A stretch of 64,000 bases of DNA. Origin: Octopus bimaculoides. Lineage: Eukaryota. The stretch's first letter is position 1. Every line of letters starts with the position of its first letter. A program made the translations under genes and the position numbers. Shown piece by piece: positions 25,648 through 39,109 of the stretch. A model generated the notes under the pieces. That model worked only from the letters and a program-made list of their open reading frames with translations, searched no databases and had not been told where the DNA came from. The stretch spans positions 29,551,168-29,615,167 of the forward strand of contig NC_068988.1 in assembly GCF_001194135.2 (NCBI RefSeq), given 5' to 3'.

Positions 25648-25855
25648 AAAAAAAAGCACCCAATATACACTGTAAAATGATTGGGTTTAGGAAGAGCGTT
25701 CAGCTATAGAAAGCATGCCAAAGCTGACATGGAAGCTCAGCACAGCCCTACAACTTACCAGATCCTGTCAAACCATCCAACTCATGCCAACATGGAAAAC
25801 AGATGTTAGATGATGATGACGATGGTGATGATGATGAGGAGGAGGATGATGATAT
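25648..25855 (+). mobile_element. Family A element (older)
   Basis: aaaagcacccaatatacactgtaaaatgattggg..ccatccaactcatgccaacatggaaaac + GAT/GAG tail. Confidence 0.75.
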
Positions 25856-26249
25856 TTTTAGTTGAATTAGAACATAATCTCTGCAATAGAAGAAATCTGT
25901 GCAGTGACAAAAATTGTAGCTGTTGTGGCTATTTTCATATTCAGTTGTAATAGTTAAATAAAATTAGTTTTACAAGGGGAAAAAAACTTAAACGGTGTAT
26001 TAAATTGATTCTGTAAGTACAAAATTAATTAAATATTTTTGTACATGTATTTTCCAACAACATTTTATCTTGAACTGTATAATATATATTACTAAACTTG
26101 TGTGAGACTTTGAAATTAAAATACTTTTTCTAAAATTTCCAAAATTTCCTCGAAAGATTTTTAGTCAAATTCATCAACTCAAGTACTTATTTTTTGTTAA
26201 TTACTCTAATGGTCTCTTTTGCTGAACTGCTAAGTTATAGCGATGTAAA

Positions 26250-26462
26250 CAAACCAGCATTGGCTGTCAAGTAGTGGGGATGTGACAAACACAGACACAA
26301 GGATGTGTGTGTGTGTGTGTGTTTGCATGTGTGATGGGCTCCCATGCAGTTTCTGTTTACCAGATTCATACAAAAGGCTTTGGTCAGCCTGGGGCTATAG
26401 TAGACGATACTTGCCCAAGATACTGTGCAGTAGAATTGAACCTGAAATCAAATGGTTGCAAA
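26250..26462 (-). mobile_element. Family B SINE, partial
   Basis: ggctttggtcagcctggggctatagtagacgatacttgcccaag..gaattgaacc. Confidence 0.75.
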
Positions 26463-26866
26463 ACAGCAGAAATCAGAAATACTGAAATAAATTTAAATAT
26501 TAGGAAACCTTTTGCTATGATAATGAACTATATAAGAAGGCAAACTCATTTCTTTTGGCTGTTATTATAAAGTTGGTTGCTTTATATAGCAGTTGAACAT
26601 TCTATGCTACTAACTGCAGAAGGCGAATTAGGGTGTCTTCTCTGAGAAGTATTCAACATATCATGAAATGATCCATCAGGAGAATCCCCACCTCTTTTTT
26701 TCTTTTTGCACACCATAAGCATAGAAGGAATGTGCTTACATTCTTATATAGGTCATAATCACAATCACGGCTTTTTGATAGTCATATGAAAGTATACAAC
26801 TTAGAGGTAAACTGCTAGACGTTCTGTCTACAATGGCAAACAATTTATGAATGTGCAAGAGAAATT

Positions 26867-27035
26867 ACCATATTTGATACCATAAAAAACACATGGACAT
26901 ATTAGACACACCCCCTCGGGATAAAGAGCATTAAGGACAAAATTAGCATATGGGAGGTCTAATTTCATATGTAGGCGATTCTTTTGAGACATGTTTTTGG
27001 AAAAGGTGTGTCTTATATACCTTAGAATACATTAT
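26867..27035. mobile_element. Degenerate pogo/Tigger-like MITE
   Basis: Left end taccatatttg..attagacacaccc and right end ggtgtgtcttatatacc..gaatac resemble TACCGTATTT..TAAGACGCACC inverted termini with CpG decay. Confidence 0.4.
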
Positions 27036-27951
27036 ACTCACTTACATGACCTTCCTAGTTGTTATTTTTACAATTTTGTTCCTCGAGATTGAAACAATTC
27101 TGGCTTAAGGTTCATCTTTCATATTTTGATTGGTTCGTTTCTAATTGTCATTAAGTCCCCTATTTCTTTATTATGAATTTCTCAACAGGTAAGGTTTGAG
27201 CTTGGAATCCTTGCTACTGAAATTAGGTAAAGGTTCTGAGTTTGAAATCAGCATAAAGGAGTATTCAATAAGTCACATAATGCTAAATGGTAATACCAAT
27301 ATATAGCATAGGAAAATGAAAAATAAAAAGTGAAAGATATTGTTTTTTAGGTATAAGGTCACAGATGTATCAAAGAGGAAAATTGCATAAGGTTTATTTA
27401 TGCCTGTTTTTTAGTAGAATGAAATGGTTTCTTTCAATCAAAAGTTAAACTAGTTGACCGACCTTAGCTTACTGGAACTCTATCTTGCCCAATTACCTGT
27501 CCTCTGAAAAGAAGAAGCTTAAATAAATAAAAGCATGATTTCAGAACAAATATTTCATTTGATTTTAATCTGTATGAAACATGTATTCTTTTATTGGCTT
27601 ATTTTCCCCTTCATTCTAATGATAGGAGCATGAATACAAAATGCGTTTACATACTCATACATAAACACACTGACACACTAACACACACATATACACACAC
27701 ATCATGTGATTAGTATGGCTGTAGACATGTAAATAAAAGTTTATGCTAATTGGGGAGAAGCTTATTTTAAAATCTTTAAAAGAAGATTTTGTTTTTTCTT
27801 TAGTAAAGAGAAGGCAGTATTCCTCATGATGGGAAGGGACAGCCCCTTCACCTTAGGGGAAATATGCAACAGACCAGACAAATTACCATATTTGATGGAG
27901 CTAAGATGGTTTTCAATCTTTTAAACTTGTGCAACTCTATGGTAAAGAAAG

Positions 27952-28180
27952 TGGAGGTATATGGTCTAGTGGTTAGGATGTTATGCTCATGATTTCAATC
28001 AACCATGGTTTCAATTCCTAGACCAGATGGTATCTTGTATTATTGAACAAAACACTTCATTCCACATTGCTTCAGCTGTCAGTAGCCTGGGGTCCCATTC
28101 AGGGGATTATTGTGATCTTGGTGACTTATATGCCACAGAAACTGGATAACCAATGTCATGAGTCTTAGGACTCAAGGTAG
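27952..28180 (+). mobile_element. Family D SINE
   Basis: ggaggtatatggtctagtggttagg..atggtttcaattcctagacc..ttgaacaaaacacttc. Confidence 0.75.
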
Positions 28181-28729
28181 TAATGTCCAAGGATTGGTGA
28201 TGATGATGATGATGACGATGACGACAACGATGATGACGACGACAACAACGATTAAACTTGCTCATCACTATCATAAAGAATTATATGGATGCAAGGTATT
28301 TTGGGGTGGAGGAAATCAGATGCACTTTCCCTACATCAGCCCATAAGAGTGGGGGAATTTCGGTTATGTTTGGTGGGGGTCTGGGTCTGGTACTTGTTCA
28401 CTTGAGAATCACATGAATGAGAAAGGTAGAACTATTCATCCTTTTGTGAAATGAATTTGTTAATGTTTGGTGTTATTTAGTATAAACTCTAAATGATAAT
28501 CTGCGATCTTTTTGGCGTTTACTTGATTATTAGCAACAAGTTGAGTAATTAACCTCATTAAATATTCTAAATTTTGAATAATTGATTTAGTAAGATTATT
28601 GTTTTTATTACCTTTACCTGAAAAGTGATATCAGTGCTGTAAAGCACACCTAGTGCCCAGTTCACGAGACAAACTTTTCTCTTTGAAATACGAAAATTAT
28701 GTCTCACAGAGTTCTGTATGAGGAATTAA

Positions 28730-28791
<62 letters not shown>

Positions 28792-28805
28792 CTCTTCCTT
28801 ACTCA

Positions 28806-28837
<32 letters not shown>

Positions 28838-29329
28838 AACACCTAATTTTTAATTGATCATTTGAACAAATTACTAAAATAACTAATCAGTTTAACTCAT
28901 GATTATTTATGCTAAGCACACCTCCCTATTTATGCCAACATGCTTTGAGCTGTTAAGAGTGAGAGGCCCTTATGGTCATCTGGCTTGCTAGAGATAACAC
29001 CCAAATTTCCTTCATATTATACCTTACTGCCTTAGAAATTCCCTACACTTAAGAAAAAAATGGGATGGTCACTACTAGAACGCCTTTGATCATAAGTTTC
29101 CCTCGTATCAAACAATAACAACTGTAACGATATGCTTGAACTAGTAAGAAAGCTTCTATAAGGTTTCTCGATTTGCTAAAAAAAATAGTATTATAGTATT
29201 TGTTACATAAAATTATACCAACTTGGAAAAATGGATGTGGAAACATTGGGTAATGTAATACTAGATCCATTATGCCTGAAAGAAAAAGTATGGAATGGTT
29301 ATGACAGGAATACCCTTGAACTTAAAAGT

Positions 29330-29582
29330 GAGTACTGTCTTGAGTCCTGAAATTCATAGGCCGGGGACCCAGTTTGCATGGTGTGTAAGTGACCGAGATC
29401 ACAGCATTCACTCTGAACGAGATGCCAGTCGGTTACAGGGTTACTCATGTACAGCTGAATGCACTGGAGCAACATGAAATGAAGTGTTTTGCTCACAAAC
29501 ACAACGCACCACCCTGTCCAGGAATTGAAACCATGATCTTGTGATTGTGAGTTCAATGCTCCATTCACTAGGCCACATGCTT
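29330..29582 (-). mobile_element. Family D SINE
   Basis: Close match to the 16133-16385 copy. Confidence 0.8.
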
Positions 29583-29814
29583 TTGCCTTTCAGCATAGAT
29601 CTGTTCAGTCATGGTTAATCAATAACACCACAGTTGTGCTTTCCTTCCAGCAATATCTATGTTCTACCACTTGTAGTGTCAAAAATATAGCATTCATTTA
29701 AAAAATCCAGCTATTCTTGTTGTAGTAGTTTAACTCTGAGGTCAACACTGACTTGTTAGTAAAGGTATTCCAAACAGGACCATCCCATCATTTTTATATA
29801 TCTAACCCATTTTG

Positions 29815-30058
29815 TAATGTGTCCAGCACGTAAAAGCACCATTCAAGCATGACTGATGCCAGTGCGGCCAGACTGGCACATAAAAAGCACCCACTACACT
29901 CTCAGAGGGATTGGCATTAGGAAGGGTATCCAGAAACCTTGCAAAATTAAATTGGAACCTCATGCAGCCACCCGGCTTGCCAGTCCTCAGTCAAACCATC
30001 CAACCCATGCCAGCATGGAAAGTGGATGTTAAACGATGACAATGCTGATGATGATGAG
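29815..30058 (+). mobile_element. Family A element
   Basis: aaaaagcacccactacactc..ttggcattaggaagggtatcc..ccaacccatgccagcatggaaagtggatgttaaacgatga. Confidence 0.85.
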
Positions 30059-30706
30059 AAGGGGGTGATTTTAAGAAATTTAGCAGCTATTTCTGCATGT
30101 ATGCCCCTTTGTTGGCTTCTATAAAAATGATTGGCAAATTTATGAGGAATGTGAAATATATGATGTATTATGATAGGGTTATGACTGATTATATATCAGA
30201 TTAACAGCATGCATCTTTATCATAAATAGCTGAAATCATTGTTGGTTTTATCTCTCACCCAGTAAAGAAAGTTAATTCCTTTCAGCACATAATAACCTAC
30301 TAATGTATAACATGCCTCTGTCAGTACTAGAGTTGTTGACATAAGAAGATACCACATACATATACTGTTTTATATCAACTATAAGCACTAATAATGGTGA
30401 TTTCCCTGTCACACTAGCAGTCACTCTATTACCAATATATGTGGTATCTTTTCCAAGCAGTGATATATCATGTCATGGAATTAATTTACTCTTCTTACAG
30501 AAGCTTTCTCTCTCTCTCTCACTCTCTCTCTATATATATATATTGTTGAAAAAAGATTAGAGATCTATACAAATCAAATTTTTATATATAAAACAGATGG
30601 AGCACTGAATTAAGTCTAAGACATTTCAATTTAAGAGGGAATTTAATGAAAGATTATATAAATAAAAATATTAATGTTATCGGTTTCCATGTATTTCATC
30701 TTATAT

Positions 30707-31047
30707 CATCATCATCATCATCGTTTAACATCCGTTTTCCATGCTAGCATGGGTTGGACAGTTCGACCAGGGTCTGGGAAGCCAGGAGGCTGCACCAGGC
30801 TCCAGTCTGATCTGGCAGTGTTTCTACAGCTGGATGCCCTTCCTAACGCCAACCACTCCGTGAGTGTAGTGGGTGCTTTTTACGTGCCACCGGCACAGGG
30901 GCCAGGGGAGGCTGGTAGCAGCCATGATCAGTTGGTGCTTTTTACATGCCACCGGCACAGAAGCCAGTTAGGGCGGTGCTGGCATCGGCCATGTTCGGAT
31001 GGTGCTTTTTACGTGCCACTGGCATAGGTATCACAACTACAATTTCC
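30707..31047 (-). mobile_element. Long family A element
   Basis: (CAT)n tail, core motif and three gtgcttttacgtgccaccggcac units, ending at ggtatcacaactacaatttcc. Confidence 0.9.
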
Positions 31048-31058
31048 AAAAATCAAAG

Positions 31059-31160
31059 GGAAATTGTAGTTGTGATACCCGTGCCGGTAGCATTTAAAAT
31101 GCACCATCTGAACGTAGCTGATGCCAATGCCGCCTTGACTAGCTTCCGTGCCAGTGGCAC
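31059..31160 (+). repeat. Inverted duplicate of 30946-31047 (fold-back arm)
   Basis: Manual alignment of the reverse complement gives 82/102 identical, no indels, innermost 21 bp perfect. Confidence 0.9.
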
Positions 31161-31590
31161 TATCATCATCATCATCATCATCGTCGTTTAACGTCCGCTT
31201 TCCATGCTAGCATAGGTTGGACGATTTGACTGAGGACTGGTGGACCAGGAGGCGACACCAGGCTCCAATCTGATTTGGCAGAGTTTCTACAGCTGGATGC
31301 CCTTCCTAACACCAACCACTCCGAGAGTGTAGTGGGTGCTTTTACGTGCCTCTGGCACAAGGGCCAGTCCGGCGGTACTGGCGACGGCCACGCTCGAATG
31401 TCTTACTGGTAACAGCCATGCTCGAAATGGTGTATTTTACGTGCCACCTGCACAGGAGCCAGTCTAGCGGCACTGGCAACGATCTCGCTCGAATGTCTTA
31501 CTGGTAACAGCCATGCTCGAAATGGTGTATTTTACGTGTCACCTATACAGGAGCCAGTCCAACAGCACTGGCAACGATCTTGCTCGTGAA
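31161..31590 (-). mobile_element. Family A element with internal 95-bp tandem duplication (31392-31486 / 31487-31581)
   Basis: (CAT)n tail and core; unit gctcgaatgtcttactggtaacagcc..ggcaacgatct occurs twice. Confidence 0.9.
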
Positions 31591-34500
31591 TAGCTGCCAG
31601 GCTGAACAAAACTCTGATGCACATAACTTAAATGAAAATCACTTATAGATGTGCTGTGTTCAAATTGTGATGCCAGCAGCTAGCTGTTACCTATACATCA
31701 GAAGCAACAAATTTTGTCTAGGCATGTTGCTACTAGTACACATCCTTGACAATGCCCAAGAAGGCTGAAATGCATCTGGTGTTCTAGCTGGTACCAGGAT
31801 GAGTTTCTTGTCCCACTCTGATACTTAATGTGTTTTTAATGCAACATATTTATAAGAGATTTTATTTCAGACGAAAACCACAGTATCTTGCCTTTCAAGT
31901 GTGTATACTTATGTATGTTAAGTATGATACATAGATGCCATTTGTATTTAAACTGTTTCAGTTGTGTGTGGTACATAAACACACACACACACACACACAC
32001 ACACATCCAAGAATCTTATTCCAGAAACATGATTGCAAATTCAGTAAATATATGCAGGTTTCATGCTCTAGAAATCCACCTCACTTTGAGACTAAAATCT
32101 AAACCACCCTGTACTCTAATAGCATCCTGGCTACCATAATCTAGTCCAATCACTGACTTCATCAGGAATTTTCAAAGATTCACATAACTATATATACTGA
32201 CAAAAGTTTTGTAGGGTATTTATGTATGTCTTTCATTTATCAATGCATTTAATAACTTTTAAGTATAAATAATATTAGAATGAAATTTACAACTCTGATT
32301 TAAAAAGATAAAACTAAAACCGAATAAACAAGCAATAAAACATATGCTAAAAGAAAGAAATAAACTGAAAAAGTATATGTACATTAACAGTATATAATCT
32401 AACTCAAACTTTTCTTATGTCAGCCCCATAGCCGTTCTCTCTCTATACTTTTCACAATATCAGCTTCTGGCCTTATTCTTTCTTTTATTAGTTGCTTCTC
32501 ACTTCAGTCTGTAACATTATGACTCCTTCATCACTCTTTTTAATGGGTTAATGTTACTGTTGTTAAGTCCAAGGTTATCTCTGATTGAGCAGACCACCGG
32601 TCAGAGCCATTCCAGCTGCAAGTATCCATCTCTTCCAAGGGTGTATAGGACTACATCTAATGTATCTTTTTCTTATTTAAGACAGTTAGGTGTATTATAA
32701 AGGAAATTTGACAGCTACTTCTATCACGTCTTGCTATAGGATCAAGTCCAAGAAAAGGGCATTCTAGACTTCTCTCTTAGCAGTAACTTTTCTTTCTTTC
32801 TTTCTGTCACATTCTCTACTCCCTAGCTTCTGTTGAGTGCCTCTCTTTTTGACTTCTATGAAGTGTGAGTGTATGTGTGCACAGACACACATGCAGATAT
32901 ACTCTAACACATGCATGCACCCACTCTCATGCTGACACACAGACAAACAGGTAACTGATTCTATTTTACAAACAATCTGTGACCCCAAGAATTTAAGCTT
33001 TTCTGTTGATAAAGACAAAATTTAACCAAGCAGCAGCTTATTATCTCCACTCAACAAAACATTTAATGCCCATATAAAATATGCCACTTGGCTTCTTAAA
33101 TAAACAATTAACAAAATGAAAAAGCTATAAACAATGACTAAATTTGAATTTTTTTTTCAATAACAGCATTTAGTTTTAACATTGATCTTCTGGCAATTAA
33201 ACCCAACTTATTTGTCACCATTTAAATTGAAATGAATTATTATTAAATATCTACATTTATGTGTTATTACAGAACACACTCACATGCTTGTATATAAAAT
33301 TATGTGAAAGATGAAAATAGTTTCATATAAATAATCATATATTAAAACAGATCTAACAGTTTATGTCTTTGATAAATTTATCAAACCAAAACTATTTTAT
33401 TGTTTTTTCTTTAATATGAGAAATCATATTATGAATTTAAAATTCTGAATTATATACAAATATAAAGAAACTAATTTGAATACCATTTTACATTAATCTA
33501 AAAATATCTTCTGGCTGAAAAATTTCCATTAATAATTATTTGTGTGAATATTGTGAACAAATTATATTAATAATTTAGCTTATAAACTAGATTTTCAAGG
33601 AAATTATCTAAATAATTGTAACATTTATCTTAATTAAGTCCATTCTCTTAATTTATCCAGACATTATTTAAATATATTAAAAATAATATGGATAAATATT
33701 TCACTGATTATTATTGTTATGGTAGTTATATTTGAACCATTTATTTTTATAATCTCTTGCAAGCCAGTTTATTTACACTAGAAACAGACATCTTAATCTG
33801 TGAGACTTAAAAAAAAAAGAGATTCGTCAGTATACAAGCTGTCACACTAACCATGAAAAAGATATTTAGCTGTATGTATGACATGGAACTCAGTCTAACC
33901 AATCAGTATACTTTAACAAGAACTGGTTTGCTGGGAATAGAGTTTATTGATCTGGTCTCTCCCAGCCAACTTAAAAAGAGTTGGGTTATACCATTTCAGA
34001 CGTAGAGAGTAGCAGGTTTTTATTGCTATGTGAAAATTTCACTTGCTATTTCAATCAATTTCATTTTTAACAAACCAGGTTGTTTTGTTTTTTTTATCAA
34101 TAGATATTTTATGAATATGTAGTAAATTTTTTTAATGCACTTGGTAATAAGGTATTACATGACATGCTCTCAAAATAAAATTTAATTTCCTAATGCACTT
34201 AGTAATGAAGTAACTCGAATAATAAGCTTAATTTATTCTGAAAAATAAATTTTTTTTTTTCATCTCATACATAAATCAAATGATAAACCAATTCAGGGAT
34301 TAAGGCAAAGATTTGGATAATTTCTCAACATTTCTTTAAATGATTATTTATGTAAAGTAACTATAGTTTTATTTTAGATTTTTTTTTATCAGAAATATTT
34401 TAAACATTTTGTCATGTTTTAATTATACAGAATCAACATTTTATTTTACATGTTTGATAATTAAAATAAAGAGATGTATATCATTGTTACTTTATTCTTT

Positions 34501-35475
34501 TTGATACAGTTAAATTCATTTTCCCTTTCTACTTTTGGGTTTATTCCCTACACACACGTGAAAAATTTATCTGTCTGTAACAACTATTTTCTTCTCACAT
34601 TTTTCTTTCTGTATTTATATCTTGAATTTATATATAAACTTTTAATATTTCCAAGGTGTATTTATAAATATACTTCACCTGCTACTTACAATATTCAGTA
34701 ATTTCTGTATTTTAAAAAATATATTTATTTGTTTCAATAATTAGTCCTTTAATATATAAGAATAATTAACTACTTAGGTGTAAAGTATTATTTTTTTTTA
34801 ACTTCTCATTAATTGCAAGACATTTTCTATTTCATATTGAGTGAAAGTGATAGTATCAATATAAAATTCACACATTTTTATTAAATAAAATATTTTACAT
34901 ACAACTTTTATAATTTTTATCACACTAAAAGAAAATATAATTCATTTTCTCCCCACTTACTACTTTTGCATCTTTTTCTAACAATGTCTGAACAGATTCT
35001 TTGCAGTGCAGTACAATTCACTACTCAAATTACATTGTATTTTGTATTTGATGTGTTAATCACATGATTTGATAGCAAAATGCTTTACCTAAGTGTCATT
35101 ACTGAGATTCAAACATACATTGTCCTGCATCACCTTTGATAATCTGCTATTCTTGTACTAAATATTTGATAAATCCTCTAAAGAGATTTTGTCCATCTAT
35201 TATAATACCTGACATTGTTCATGTGATATAGATTAGAGTTTTGCCATAGTTAAATATTAAATCTGTATGTACACAGACATATACACTTAAACATAACTGT
35301 ATGGTATGCACCTTAAAGTAGATTTTCTGTATAGAATTATTAATTTAATTTATTAGCAATATATATGGAGCCAATTTGGCTGCATGTACAGGGAGACTGG
35401 CTTTAAGGTTAGAGTTTGTATCCTACATGGCGGGATATAAAATTATATCTCAGAGGCAAGCATACTGAATGTGTG

Positions 35476-35534
<59 letters not shown>

Positions 35535-35684
35535 ACACACATATACACATATATATATTTGTTATGTGGTCATGTTGGCCTATTTGATCCATGCTATTGT
35601 GCTATTGTTATCTAATACGTGTGTGTTTTATGTATGTATGTATGTATGCATGCATGTATGTGTGTATGTATGTATGCATGTAAA

Positions 35685-35865
35685 GGCATGGCTATCTAGT
35701 TAAGAAGTTCATTTCATGACCACATGATGCTAGGTTCAGTCTCACTGTACAGCACCTTGGGCAAGTGTCTTTTACAGTAGTTGTGAGTGGATTTTGGATA
35801 TAAAAACTGTCCAACCCATGCCTGCATGGAAAACAGACATTAAATAATAATGACAATGATGATGA
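35685..35865 (+). mobile_element. Family B head joined to a family A tail
   Basis: ggcatggctatctagttaag..ggttcagtctc..ccttgggcaagtgtc, then ctgtccaacccatgcctgcatggaaaac + AAT/GAT tail. Confidence 0.75.
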
Positions 35866-36037
35866 CTGCTATACATTCAAATATCAATAAATGTGTTATT
35901 GATGCTAAGTCATGGATCAGCTCTGATCAAGTGGATTGATGATCAAATATATTTCAGTCAATGACCATGCTGTCTTGATTGCAGTGTTTCTAAGGTACTG
36001 TAAGCCTCAGTTTGAAACAGGAACACTCCTAACCACT

Positions 36038-36205
36038 GGGGGCATGGGCTAGTGATTAGAGTGTTGCACTCATGATTGTAAGATCATGATTTCAATTCCC
36101 AGGCTGGGTTGTGCATTGTATTCTTGAGCAAACTACTTCATTTCACATTGCTTCAGTGCACTCAGCTGTAAATGAGTAACCTTGCAATGGACTGGGTTTC
36201 AATCT
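36038..36205 (+). mobile_element. Family D SINE
   Basis: gggggcatgggctagtgattagagtg..tttcaattccc..ttcttgagcaaactacttcatttcac. Confidence 0.8.
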
Positions 36206-36263
36206 CACTCTTCACTCTTCCTTTCTTTTATCAATAATTGACAACATATATACATACATATAT

Positions 36264-36345
<82 letters not shown>

Positions 36346-36460
36346 NNNNNNNNNNNNNNNNNNNNNNNNNNNNNNNNNNNNNNNNNNNNNNNNNNNNNNN
36401 NNNNNNNNNNNNNNNNNNNNNNNNNNNNNNNNNNNNNNNNNNNNNNNNNNNNNNNNNNNN

Positions 36461-36496
<36 letters not shown>

Positions 36497-36894
36497 CATA
36501 CATATATATAGCTTATGTATGTTTGAGTGTGAATTTTGAAATATTCATGTACAATAATTAGCTTCATCTAAAACTCATTTCTTTTGTATACGTTTGACTT
36601 CCTCTTATTTAATTGACAGCACAGTTCATATAGTAATTAAGAGGTTAATGCTATTTGCTACCTACAAAGGCAGGACATTATTCTGTTTCCTTCAGTATGA
36701 CTGACTGACAGCAACATTAGTTTTACTTAATCATTTTGCAATCAGTGATTGTTGTTATTTTGTTTAGCCCCTGGTTATTCCTGATCATGTAATCCTAAGA
36801 TGTAAAACTTTCCACCTATGACCTTCCTGTCTTTTTCTTTTTTTTTTTATCAGGCTAATATATCAAGGAGTTCATCATTATCCAATACGACTCT

Positions 36895-37100
36895 AAGGCA
36901 GCGAGTTGGCAGAATCGTTAGCATGCCGGGTGAAATGCTTAGTGGTATTTCATCTGGCACTATGTTCTGAGCTCGAATTCTGCCAAAGTCGACTTTGCCT
37001 TTCATCCTTTTGGGGTCAATAACTCAGTTGAGTATTGGGTCAATGTCATCAACTTGCCCTTTCCCCAAAAATTTCAGTCTTTGTGCCCAGAGTAGAAAAG
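36895..37100 (+). mobile_element. Family C SINE with 18-bp target-site duplication
   Basis: TSD attatccaatacgactct (36877-36894) / attatccaatatgattct (37101-37118). Confidence 0.9.
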
Positions 37101-38447
37101 ATTATCCAATATGATTCTCCTTTTTCTAGATGGTAGGCATATGTATGAAAATTGCTGCTTTCTATCTGGTTGATGACTATTTAGAAGTCCCTATGTTCAC
37201 TGGTAGAAAGGGTGCAAACTGTTCAAATCTTCAAAACCCATTTTAATCATGTTAGTAAGCCAGCACCAAATTAAAATGTATCTAAAATTACCATTTAAAT
37301 AATACAATTATAATTAGAATGATTATGTCTTTCCTTGTCATTATTACAATAACCATCAAACAAAGATGTATAAGTTAGATATTTTCTATTTTATATATAC
37401 CATTTGTTAGAATACCATATAATTCTTTACTATTTTTTAGTGTTAATTATTTTATATATGGAATTACTAACACTCTCTTTGCATTAAATTCATTTTATTT
37501 TTTATTTAGATAATCAATGTTATAATTAACAAAGATCAACTTCAAAAAATTTTTTTTTTTCCTTACACATTTGAATATCTTGTTTTCTGTAAAATATTTT
37601 GGGAAAATAATGTTCACTAACAAGATTGGTATTGGTTGAGAGTTATAGATAACTTTTCTATAGCTTAAAGTTAACATGTTGGGAAAGACTGAGAGAATAT
37701 TGCTTTGTAAAATAAATAAAATTCTTGTATTTTCAGTGAATAGCTATTATTTTGAAATTGCTTAAAGAAAATAAATTGTCCCGATTTTCAATTTATATTT
37801 AAGAAAGATAAATAATTTACAATATTTCAAAGTAATTGGTTTTACGAATATAGTACATGGAAGGTGCTAAACCTGACTGAATGAATAGGCTGCCAGGCTA
37901 ACAATGGAAGGTTTGACAGTTCAAATCCATCATTGTTTTGTTTCCATATCAAAGTATTTAACTTTGAATGTCACAGGCCTCTTCACTGTTAATAGGTACT
38001 GGGAGACACGTTTACTTCTGTAGAGCTACTGTATAATGGACATTTTGTTCCTTTACAATACTTCACCCAAATCATTTTCATGGCTCTAAAAAACATAACA
38101 GCTTTGAATGATTACAAAAGAGCAAAAGTCTACAGTGGTAACCCAACAACCTAATGTGTTATGGGACATTACTTTAAGCTGCATAAAAACTACTACTAAT
38201 AGTAAATTCACTACTAATTTAGGAATTTAATTTCTAATCATATCCTTTATCGCACACTGAACAATACATGTCAAAGTCAGTTTCAAACAAAATAGAGACA
38301 CAATTATTTATTTTGGGAGAATGATTTCTGTATGTTGAATTACAAGAATCACAAACAACAATAGTCACAAAAAGGTTATTTCATGATACCATCATTGCTG
38401 GAAATTAATTAAATCAGTGATGTTTTTTTTTTATTCCCTCTTTCTAG

Positions 38448-38504
38448 TCTGAAAAACACCAATTGTTATTATTTGTTCATTTTTTTGCATTCTCACCATT
38501 CAGG
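38448..38504 (+). other. Candidate 57-nt (5'UTR) exon
   Basis: Strong acceptor tgttttttttttattccctctttctag ends at 38447; donor AGG|gtaaga starts at 38505. Same strand as the 53081 exon. Splice-signal evidence only. Confidence 0.35.
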
Positions 38505-39109
38505 GTAAGAAAAAATATGAAAAAAAAAAAAAATGAATAAGATGATTATTGTTTTGTGTGTTTGAATGAAATTATATTTCACAAGACTTGAACTAGATCA
38601 TGCATCATTGTTTGTTAGAAATGATAACCTCTTTTGTTGCAATAGTGCATGATAAAGTAATTGCAAAAATGAAAAATGAGTAATTTTAGCATCTTTTTCA
38701 CTATTGCAAAATGCTGGCCGATTATTCACAGTTTAAACGTCTTTCTATCTAATAAAGATTAGCAAGGAATCTGCATGCATATTCATACATGCATATATGT
38801 TTATATGTATTTGGATAAAAAGAAACTGGAGCCTGTTAATTTTTATAACATTTAGGGTACAGAGAGGATGCACTGGTGTTTCAAAGCTAATTGCAGTCAG
38901 CTCATTGATTGAACATTCAATTTTTTCAAAATCCATCATCATTATCATTACTGCCACCACCACCACCACCATCATGTCGTCATCATCGTCATCATCATCA
39001 TCATCATCGTCATTGTCATCATCAGCTGTTTTGTTGCATTAGAGTATCAAGTATATTTAAGCTATATTGTTGTAATTAATTTTCATGTGTTTCAGGTCTT
39101 TTGCAATGT

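Noticed and set aside
31392-31590. Regular direct repeats as a CRISPR-like array
   Set aside because: Whole-unit tandem duplication with no unique spacers, inside a retroelement UTR in eukaryotic DNA.
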